From an uncultured virus (IMG/VR IMGVR_UViG_3300020413_000007) (taxonomy: Duplodnaviria > Heunggongvirae > Uroviricota > Caudoviricetes), in IMG/VR virus record IMGVR_UViG_3300020413_000007: DNA of 64,000 nt. One strand, 5' to 3'. The notes beneath the pieces are model-generated. The model was given only the letters and a program-made list of their open reading frames with translations, had not been told where the DNA came from and searched no databases. Of the stretch, positions 28,024 through 36,300 are shown in pieces. How positions within the stretch are numbered: position 1 is the first letter of the stretch; each line of letters opens with the position of its first letter. A program made the translations under genes and the position numbers.

Positions 28024-29254
28024 CATTGTAGAAACTGTCATTCCTGCTCCGCCAAACGACTACGAAGCATATTTGTATAAGTGGACAAACTTAGACAATG
28101 CTCGAATGTATGTGGGTTGGCACAAGGGCTCAGTCAATGATGACTATAGCCATTCAAGCTCAGATGATGAGTTTGCTGATGTATTTCAAAATTCAGAGAG
28201 TCAATTGAAATTTGAAGTCATTCAATATGGAAGTGCGAAAGAAATTGAAAACTCAGAAGCAACATATCTCAGAAGAGTCAATGCTGCCAAGAATCCACAA
28301 TACTATAACAAGTGGAATGGATTGATTGAGTACGAAGAACCTGATCTTGAGAAATGCCAACAGTTAGTTCAGCAGATTCAAGATGGCATTTATCCGATTC
28401 ATCAAGAATTAATCAAAGATCATATCGACATGGAATATCTTCAAGTTCGAGAAAAACATGATGATGAACTTCAAAGAGAAATTCGTGATAAAATAAATGA
28501 TGCTCTTGGCAATACGGAAAAGTGTAATCCAGTCATCATCTTTGCGGAGAGAACCGCCAATGGGAGTCATCTAAGAGTGGATGGCAATCATACTGTATTT
28601 GGATCTTCACAAGCGAAACACGCTCGCTATATTCCAGTCATCACAATTCCAGCAAATGTTGCTGCTGAGTTCAATGAAACTGAAATCAGAACGATTGCTA
28701 ATTTGCTGAATAAGAAACCTGATATCACGAAGAAACCTGTAAGCGATGAGGATGCGATTAAGTATGTGATTACAAATGCCGATAAGGGAATTCCATATAA
28801 CTCTCAGGTCAACATTACTGCCTTAGAAAGTTTTGGATTCGCCAAAAAGAAGATCAGCACCATACTGAAGAAGGCGAAAAAAGAACTTGATGATAAGGAG
28901 GATAAACGCTCTGGTCAGTTATTCATTAATTATTCTGCCTATCCTGATAAGACTACACTTCTGAATCGTACCAAGAGATTTGCTGCGAAGGACAATACTT
29001 GCTCAGTTTATATGTCCAGTCGTAAATTCTCAATTGAGAGAATACTGGAAGAACTGTATAGTGGCAAGCAGGACCACGTCAAACATTGTGTTGTTGTGAT
29101 TCATCATCCTGATAAAGATGCTGCCAAACATTGGAAGAAATCAGTACAGCCCACATGGTTAGACATTATCGATCATATGAATATGGAAGAATGGAGTATT
29201 ACATTTGAAGAAATGGATACTCATAAACCTGATCCTGACTTTCATGAAAACTAA
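28016..29254 (+). CDS. GIY-YIG (Seg-like) domain fused to a ParB/Srx-like domain
   Basis: AYLYKWTN..N.RMY.G.H.G...D.Y..SS...E......YYN at the N-terminus; NPVII..DGNHT..IPV centrally. Confidence 0.6.
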   Translation: MSNIVETVIPAPPNDYEAYLYKWTNLDNARMYVGWHKGSVNDDYSHSSSDDEFADVFQNSESQLKFEVIQYGSAKEIENSEATYLRRVNAAKNPQYYNKWNGLIEYEEPDLEKCQQLVQQIQDGIYPIHQELIKDHIDMEYLQVREKHDDELQREIRDKINDALGNTEKCNPVIIFAERTANGSHLRVDGNHTVFGSSQAKHARYIPVITIPANVAAEFNETEIRTIANLLNKKPDITKKPVSDEDAIKYVITNADKGIPYNSQVNITALESFGFAKKKISTILKKAKKELDDKEDKRSGQLFINYSAYPDKTTLLNRTKRFAAKDNTCSVYMSSRKFSIERILEELYSGKQDHVKHCVVVIHHPDKDAAKHWKKSVQPTWLDIIDHMNMEEWSITFEEMDTHKPDPDFHEN

Positions 29255-29474
29255 GTTAAAGTATGTACGAAGGAAGGACACTAAGCTCTTTCCTTGCCGT
29301 ACAATGCCTTGGAGAGTGGAATCTCGCATTGGTATGAATTTATGTTGGTTCTATAGAATAGATCAAGTTGAGGATTATGTCAAGCAATTCAAATTAAAGC
29401 CATCAGACTATCGGATTGTATTGAATGCTAATGTTAAATTAGAGGATTTGCCCAATCAACTGCATGTTTTCTAA
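29244..29474 (+). CDS. Hypothetical protein
   Basis: MKTKLKYVRRKDTKLFP..CWF; overlaps the upstream stop. Confidence 0.6.
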   Translation: MKTKLKYVRRKDTKLFPCRTMPWRVESRIGMNLCWFYRIDQVEDYVKQFKLKPSDYRIVLNANVKLEDLPNQLHVF

Positions 29475-29759
29475 ATGGCTGAAAAAATATGGCTGTGTAT
29501 TCTGTATGGATTGTATATGGAGTGAATCTGGAAGTATATCTGATTATTAACTGATAATGGCCGAGACTGTTGTTGTCTTTGCCCGACCCCTATCGAAAGA
29601 ATGCTCACGCTATGTATAAGCTCAGAGGCTCTCCAAGGACCTCAGAGGCCTCAGATTATTAACATATTAGAATTATTAACATATATGCCATGGTATTCTA
29701 TCAGAAATACTGTTAAAAGTCAAGGACTTCGCCAAATTATTAACATATGTGGCTGAGGT

Positions 29760-29780
29760 TTATCCACAGGTTGTGGAAAA
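29760..29780. promoter_or_regulatory. Inverted pair of DnaA-box-like 9-mers
   Basis: TTATCCACA (29760-68) and TGTGGAAAA (29772-80 = TTTTCCACA on the minus strand). Confidence 0.65.
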
Positions 29781-29802
29781 CTCAAATTATTAACATATGT
29801 AG

Positions 29803-29831
29803 TTGACAATTATTAATTAATCTGTTATAAT
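29803..29831 (+). promoter_or_regulatory. Sigma70-type early promoter
   Basis: Perfect TTGACA-17-TATAAT with a repeat copy in the spacer. Confidence 0.85.
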
Positions 29832-29859
29832 TAGTATTGTAATCGCAAATTATTAACTA

Positions 29860-30054
29860 ATGTATTATACTATTAGTGACCTATTTGATGATGAGGAGTT
29901 GGCCTTGATTCTCGACAGTTTATATGCCGAAGAATTATGTGCTGATGACGAAACCTTACGGGCGAAATTATCGTCAGTAAGTAAGAAGGTCTCAAGTCTC
30001 ATTCGAGAACCATATGAGATCGAATCGATAGAAGATTGCTGCGAGTATCGGTAA
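29860..30054 (+). CDS. Small acidic hypothetical protein
   Basis: ORF after the promoter; DLF.DEEL..I motif shared with 32001..32126. Confidence 0.7.
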   Translation: MYYTISDLFDDEELALILDSLYAEELCADDETLRAKLSSVSKKVSSLIREPYEIESIEDCCEYR

Positions 30055-30081
30055 TTATTAACAAATTATTAACATATAAGT

Positions 30082-30255
30082 ATGCAATATCAAGATTTAT
30101 ATAATGAATTAGGGAAGATGAGTGAGGAGCAGTTGTTATCAACTGTTTTAATATATGATATCACATTACAGAAACTATTTCCAGCAGAGCATAACTTAAA
30201 CTATGCAATTGGCAGGAATGATGTAAAGAACGGGCATCCATATATTTCCTATTAG
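30082..30255 (+). CDS. Small hypothetical protein (57 aa)
   Basis: MQYQDLYNELGKMSEEQL...HPYISY. Confidence 0.65.
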   Translation: MQYQDLYNELGKMSEEQLLSTVLIYDITLQKLFPAEHNLNYAIGRNDVKNGHPYISY

Positions 30256-30339
30256 TATAATTATTACAGTATGTTAAGAATCTAACCAGATTCAATTTGG
30301 ATATGTTAGCTTAGCTAAGTCAAACAAATTTAGCGATTT

Positions 30340-30567
30340 ATGCCAACAAAAACTGCACGCCCCAAGATTGTTAAAATCAAAGGCCATCAGGTATACCGAA
30401 AGCGCCCAGCCAGTTCAAAACTGATCACTCGCTCAAGGTATATGGCAGATATAAAGCAACGATGGGCTATTCATCGTTTCGAGGTTAAATGCCTCATCGA
30501 TGATATTAGCTCCGCCGTTACCTTTATAAAACCATATCATGTAAAGCTAATCAATATGATAAAATAA
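30340..30567 (+). CDS. Basic hypothetical protein
   Basis: LI.R..Y..D...RW.IH..E motif. Confidence 0.7.
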   Translation: MPTKTARPKIVKIKGHQVYRKRPASSKLITRSRYMADIKQRWAIHRFEVKCLIDDISSAVTFIKPYHVKLINMIK

Positions 30568-30650
30568 AACCACTCTACAAAGTGGCACACCGCTCCAACT
30601 GGGGCGGTTTTTTTGTGTGTATAATAGCCATATAAATCAAACCGATCTTT

Positions 30651-30890
30651 ATGATTCAAGAATTTACAAGAGCAGAATACGAACTGCTTTACTCTGCTTT
30701 CAAATCCTACAGAGTTTACATGACCAGAGAGCAGGAAGTCATGAGCGAGAAAATTTTGGATAAAGTCTTCTATCCTAGTTTTGACGCTAAGCAATCCGAA
30801 TCGCCATTTTTTGATACGGATGAAGCTGAGTTAGAATTGCTACAGGAAGTAGCAGATGCCGAGGAGGCGCTCAGAAACGAAACCACTTAA
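30651..30890 (+). CDS. Hypothetical early protein
   Basis: ORF after a terminator/promoter element. Confidence 0.7.
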   Translation: MIQEFTRAEYELLYSAFKSYRVYMTREQEVMSEKILDKVFYPSFDAKQSESPFFDTDEAELELLQEVADAEEALRNETT

Positions 30891-30970
30891 AAAAGTGGCA
30901 CAAACGCTACACCATTACCGCCACTTTTATGGTTATAATGGACCTATAAACAAATTAATCAATTAATTTT

Positions 30971-31186
30971 ATGTCATTTTTCAATTACGTTGACCACTTA
31001 GACTACGAACTAACAAACGAAGATATGCTCCGTTGTTGCTATGATGAGGTCGTTGCTGAGGCGAAAGATACTGGCGACTATCCAATGTATGGCGAAGCAG
31101 CACTATGGAGTGCCGCTTCCTTTAAACTTGAAGATTTCAAGAATTGGATGAGACCTCTATTTCACGGTGTAGAGGATGAGGACTAG
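30971..31186 (+). CDS. Hypothetical early protein
   Basis: ORF after a promoter element. Confidence 0.7.
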   Translation: MSFFNYVDHLDYELTNEDMLRCCYDEVVAEAKDTGDYPMYGEAALWSAASFKLEDFKNWMRPLFHGVEDED

Positions 31187-31255
31187 TTTGTTACAAATTG
31201 TTTCAGTACCCACACAAACGCTAATTTAATCGCCAAACTCCATTATAATAGCCAT

Positions 31256-31435
31256 ATGAGTACAATTCAACACGAATCAATTCTTGAAACCTGTCTAGAA
31301 CAGGCAATCGAGAATTTCAGAGTTCACAATGAACTTACCGCCAAACAAATGGACGAACTCATAGTTTGCTCCGCTGGCACTCGCCTTGCTCTCGAAAAGC
31401 AGGCAGATAAACTATTTGAGGAACTTTGCCAATGA
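31256..31435 (+). CDS. Small hypothetical protein (59 aa), probably leaderless
   Basis: MSTIQHESILETC...FEELCQ; ATG starts 7 nt after TATAAT(31244-49). Confidence 0.7.
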   Translation: MSTIQHESILETCLEQAIENFRVHNELTAKQMDELIVCSAGTRLALEKQADKLFEELCQ

Positions 31436-31683
31436 ACGAAAATTTCTTAGATTTCGTTGACTACTGCTATAGCTTCTATGGAGCAGAAGATGCCCTCTAT
31501 CCAATGGGCGTAAACAAAGAACAAATAGCATATGCTACGCTAATGTATTTGGACGCTTGTGCCTACTATGATAAAAACAAAGGCATCGGCGCTCCTGCTG
31601 TATGGGGCGATGGCGATTCACTAGACAGAGAGAGAGTAAGGGATATCATGCGCCAAAGGTATTCTATACCACAAGCGGTATAG
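31432..31683 (+). CDS. Hypothetical early protein
   Basis: F.DYC.SFYG...LYP...GDSLDRERVRD; ATGA coupling to the upstream gene. Confidence 0.75.
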   Translation: MNENFLDFVDYCYSFYGAEDALYPMGVNKEQIAYATLMYLDACAYYDKNKGIGAPAVWGDGDSLDRERVRDIMRQRYSIPQAV

Positions 31684-31788
31684 AATCGGTGACAATATGT
31701 GCCACTAATATTTCTGGCACACACAATCACCATTCCGTTTGCTATTGACGTTATAATAGCTGTATAAACAATCAAACATCTTATTCAA

Positions 31789-32007
31789 ATGAGACTTTCC
31801 CCAATCGGATCAAACATGACAGAGGTAGAAACCGACAATGCTCGTGTTTTGTTTTCATACCGCACACCAGTTGCTGCTTACATCTTCGGCGAAGGTTTCG
31901 TCAAGTCCTCTACATGGTACAGCACAACCACCTCACGCCATATCAACAAATGGGGTGCTAAAGAAGGTAAAGAAGTAGACCAAAAAATCCTCGATGCATT
32001 ATGCTAG
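31789..32007 (+). CDS. Conserved phage early protein
   Basis: LFSY.TPVA..YS.TTSRHINKW motif. Confidence 0.8.
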   Translation: MRLSPIGSNMTEVETDNARVLFSYRTPVAAYIFGEGFVKSSTWYSTTTSRHINKWGAKEGKEVDQKILDALC

Positions 32008-32126
32008 AGGATTTCTTCACGGATGAGGAATTGTCCGCTATCGAGTCAATGTGCCGAGACTACGCCGACTACGGCGATGAGCAGGCAGAAGTTGCTGACT
32101 CAATTCTTGCTAAACTTGCCCCCTAA
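32001..32126 (+). CDS. Small acidic protein (41 aa)
   Basis: MLEDFFTDEELSAIESM... Confidence 0.6.
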   Translation: MLEDFFTDEELSAIESMCRDYADYGDEQAEVADSILAKLAP

Positions 32127-32205
32127 AACAAATGCTTGAAGTATGGATTGCCATCTTTTGCTTGATGGCGACTAATTATGCCCTTTCTATTTTTGGTTTA
32201 TCACT

Positions 32206-32334
32206 ATGAACGAACTTGCCGACATTTTTGGTGCTGACTCTGACGAAGCACTGCTACTAGGGCAGTTAGATGCTGCCGCCGTCTTTATGGAAGAGGACTT
32301 TGATCCTACACCTGGCACGGAGGACTATGCTTAG
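32206..32334 (+). CDS. Small acidic protein (42 aa)
   Basis: MNELADIFGADSDEALL... Confidence 0.5.
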   Translation: MNELADIFGADSDEALLLGQLDAAAVFMEEDFDPTPGTEDYA

Positions 32335-32397
32335 CCCAGAGGCATACGAAATACTCAAAGACCCAAGCCCCACTATTGAATTCTATTTTCTAACAAC

Positions 32398-32562
32398 ATG
32401 GCATCAAGCACAAAAACCACCGTCCGCTACTGGTTCAATCAGCAACCACAGGCACGCTACATCTCATTCCAAGCCTACAGGCATGCCCTAGAGTATGTGG
32501 AGAATGTTACAAAACTTGAAGATCCAGACTGGCGAGCAGAGATTGTACCTTATGCCGTCTAG
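32398..32562 (+). CDS. Small hypothetical protein (54 aa)
   Basis: MASSTKTTVRYWF....RYISF...; more protein-like than the overlapping track ORFs. Confidence 0.6.
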   Translation: MASSTKTTVRYWFNQQPQARYISFQAYRHALEYVENVTKLEDPDWRAEIVPYAV

Positions 32563-32587
32563 AATGAATACAGTTAAAACATCACAC

Positions 32588-32809
32588 ATGAACATCGCCG
32601 AATCTAGGGAACATCTCATAGCACAGGGCTATACAGTGAAGGTCTTAAGACCTCGCCGCCCTAGAAAAGGCGAGCTAGTCATGAGTATGACTAAAGGCAC
32701 ACGGACTAACACAAACCGCAGAGGGCAAGCCTACTCATCTCATGCCCTTAGACCAGATTGCTCTATTATCTCAGGACCTGAGGGCAGCTATTATAAGACA
32801 TCTGGCTAA
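32588..32809 (+). CDS. Basic hypothetical protein
   Basis: GYTVKVL.PRRPRK..RTNTNRRGQAY. Confidence 0.65.
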   Translation: MNIAESREHLIAQGYTVKVLRPRRPRKGELVMSMTKGTRTNTNRRGQAYSSHALRPDCSIISGPEGSYYKTSG

Positions 32810-33080
32810 CAAATGTCAACAAGAGGGCCAGGGCCAGTATGGGGGTTCATACCCGCCCCCATGGCGAAAACCGCTGACTCCCCTAATCTATAACGGACCA
32901 AACTCGGATGCTATAAATATCGAGATTTGAAAAATTTTTCGCCAGAAAAATCCGTCTGAGGCCTCGATGAATCCCCTTACAATCCTCATATGCGTACATT
33001 CTGACAGAACGAGAAAATAAGAAGACTGAAAAGTAAGTATCACTATATAATTTTAGTATTACACTATACAATATACTTAC

Positions 33081-33263
33081 ATGTCGAATTTTGAAACAAG
33101 CACAGAAATACTCTTTGATGAAGTAGACGAAAATCATTCAGTGGCAATACCAGAGGATCTCTTAGAAGAATTAGATTGGAAAGAAGGCGATATTTTGGAA
33201 TGGGAATATCATGACTATAATGGACTTCCAGGCCTTCGCCTACATAAAGTAGGCGATGATTGA
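33081..33263 (+). CDS. AbrB/MazE-like small DNA-binding protein
   Basis: V.IPEDLLEELDWKEGD.LEW swapped-hairpin motif. Confidence 0.75.
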   Translation: MSNFETSTEILFDEVDENHSVAIPEDLLEELDWKEGDILEWEYHDYNGLPGLRLHKVGDD

Positions 33264-33340
33264 GAGGGTTCTCTCGAACTACTTAAAGGAATACTCTAAG
33301 ATTCTCTCAGGCATACGGCACGTAGCGTTTTTCATATAAT

Positions 33341-36300
33341 ATGAGTACTGCAAACTCTGGTTTAAATTGTTCTAATACGAAGGAGGAAGTTACAGCTTCT
33401 GTTCTGATTAAATGTCCTTCGACTAATAATAATGCAACCTATAGTCAAAGACTTGGAACTTCCTATAATTATACCGAATCTGTCTATAACGAGGTTCAAG
33501 GAATTACTTTGTCGAATGGAACCTTAAGAGAGCAATGGGATACTTCGGGTGATCCGAGATTTCAACAATATAACGTAGACACTGGCGCAGCGATTTTCGA
33601 GAACTATTGTAGAATGGATAAAGGTATCGATGAAGGATACTTCTATCATCTATGGAATTTCCCTGCAAGTCATCAATCCGTAAAAGATATTTTAGTTAAG
33701 TATGTACCAATCTGTTTAGACTCGGATGGAGATCCAACTACAAACTGTAGTGGGTCAGCTTATTCTGCAGCAACAGGTGGTTCATGTACAAGAAAAGCAA
33801 AGATAACCAATAATTTTACATTAGATCGAGTTGATATTGATATTAGTGGTCTACCTACAGATGAAGAACCTTATGTTTATAAGGCAGGAACACGAGATGC
33901 TGCAATCATCTTTACATATAAAACTGATACCAGAACTGTAATTAAAGCTGGAGATGTCATTAACGGTCATACAGTGACCTCTGTAGCGAACTTTTGTGAT
34001 ACTCGTACCGAACAAAAGAGAATCCATCGAATTATCGGTGATTCTGCCTTTATACTCAATAATGTAACCAATATACAGGTTGGAGATGTAATTCGAGGAT
34101 TTATGGGTGATGAGACTCAATTTCCTACAGGTTTAACCATTAAGACGATCAATACCTCTACAAATCGTATTGACTTGAATTTACCAAGTGGATTCTTAGG
34201 ATTTAATCGAACAAAAAGAAGAAAACTTAGAAACATTACAGTTACCGCAGCAGAACCAAATAAAATACCGAGTACTAACTATTGCTTTGCGTCTTTAGCA
34301 ACAAATGTAACTCTTGGAAATAAACAACTTGCATTTAGAATTGAAGGGCCTGGAATACATGATAATGACTGGAAGTACAATACTAACCTCAATGGTAACT
34401 GGACAAATCAAAAAGTGTTCAATGAGGGTGGAAATGCGATCTTTAATTCTACAGATACAAGAACATATACAATTACAAAGGGTGGTGCAACTATTACTGT
34501 TGTGGCAGAAGTCATAAATGATGGTGGAGAGTATGATTCAAATTGGTATATTTCCAGTTGGACTGGTGAACTTCCTGATATAGGTACAACTTTTCAGTCT
34601 ACACAGAACGGAGGACGAGGAAATGTTGTCATTAAGTTCAAGGTTGAGGGTACACCTGATACAATTACGACTGATGGAGGTGACTTTACAAAGGATGCTG
34701 AGTATACAGGAAGTCTTTCTAGTGCAGTTATTAACGTAAGAGCGGGTTGGGGTATCATAGATCGTGCAGCAATGGTCGGAATTATCGTAAGTAAACGTAA
34801 AGATGTACTCTATGAACCTATTTTTACGAAAGATGATAACATTATTGGTGAAGATTTAAATTTATTGAAGCAAAATTTCCCAGGCTTGAACGATTTAACC
34901 GATATTACAAACGCAGAGTTCCTTCCTGTTGTCGTAGATAGTCCTTGTGATCCTTATTTGACTCCAAATACAGAGATTCCGACTAATGTGGGTACAGCAG
35001 ATAACAATACTTCCTTAGTTTCAAGTAATAATTCGACTGTAAGTGATAAAATTAGTGCAAAAATAGATGAATTAGCAGGTACTTCTTCCGTAACGGACAT
35101 TTCTGATGCGATTCAGAACATTACTATTGCAGAAACATCAGTAAATACAGTAAATAACAACTTATCAGAGGATGTAAAGACCAATATTGCGAATATTAGA
35201 GGAAAAGAGGCTGGCGATAACAATGAAGTTGGACTTACTACGAAGCAAGACACAAGTGTAAACACTCTAATCACAAATATTCTTGATAAATTCAAGGAAA
35301 TTCCCGATGATATGAATACATTAGTACCAGATCACGTTCCAAGCTTCGCAAATCAGGTAGATGGAGAGAATATTGGTGAAGTTGAGCTTAGAAAGAGCGC
35401 ATTTCGTGATCTTCCTGTAAAACAAGACGGAATGTACTTTCTTGTAGAGGATCTTTCGTTTGTAGATAGTTCTTATGAGAATATTGGTAAAAATGCGAAT
35501 AGAGATACGATTACTGCGAGTGTATTACCTCGATGGTTGTATGGAAGTCCTACAGTTGGTACAGAAGTTGCTGGAGAGACCGAAATTGTCATTTCAGGCA
35601 CTTCATTAGGTGGTGTAAGTCCAACTAATGACCTAAAAATACTTGTAGTGGGTGTAAATGACTCAACAGGTGCAATTACACAGTATGAATTAGCAACTGA
35701 CTCCGTTCCTAAACTCGCATATACATCAACATCTCCTTCTTCACAACCTACACAAGCAAATAGGACAACTTTTAACGTAACTTCGTCTGGAGGATCATAT
35801 ACTGCAACAATTAATACATCTGCGACAAATGCTGCAAATAGAGTAGGTCAACAATTCATCATTAGAGGAGGTCTATTAGGTGGATCTGATGGAACTAATA
35901 CAAATGATCAGAATGACTGCTTTATAACCGTTACAGGGGTCACTGGTACTACTATAACTACATTTGATGTTACTGGTACTTCTACAGGGTCAGCTACTTT
36001 TACTGGTGTATCAGCAACTATTGTAAATGGAACTTTTGATGTCGGTGTTTCATGGTTGAGTACATCAAGTACTACTGATGACGTATATACCGTGCAAGTT
36101 ACCCAAGAAAAAGCGGGAAGAGGGTTTTTAGTGGGTGACGTACTCCGAATCAACGGAAGTACACTTGGAGGAACAAATACTACCCATGATCTTGATATTA
36201 CGGTAACTGCGGTTGACTATGTGGGTGGAATCTCGGAATTGACCTTTACTGGCACTCCAGAGACACTCTATACAGGTGTTAGTGGTACAAACACTGACGG

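Larger units (their letters stand above)
29543..30077 (+). repeat. Array of nine direct ATTATTAA(C) repeats
   Basis: Copies at 29543, 29655, 29672, 29736, 29786, 29809, 29849, 30054, 30065; longest identity CAAATTATTAACATATGT x2. Confidence 0.9.

Noticed and set aside
29543..30077. CRISPR-like mini-array
   Set aside because: Repeats are only 9-18 bp, spacing is irregular (11 to about 200 bp), and no cas gene is present
32270..32491. Track ORF MLPPSLWKR...
   Set aside because: Overlaps two more plausible small ORFs (32206..32334 and 32398..32562)
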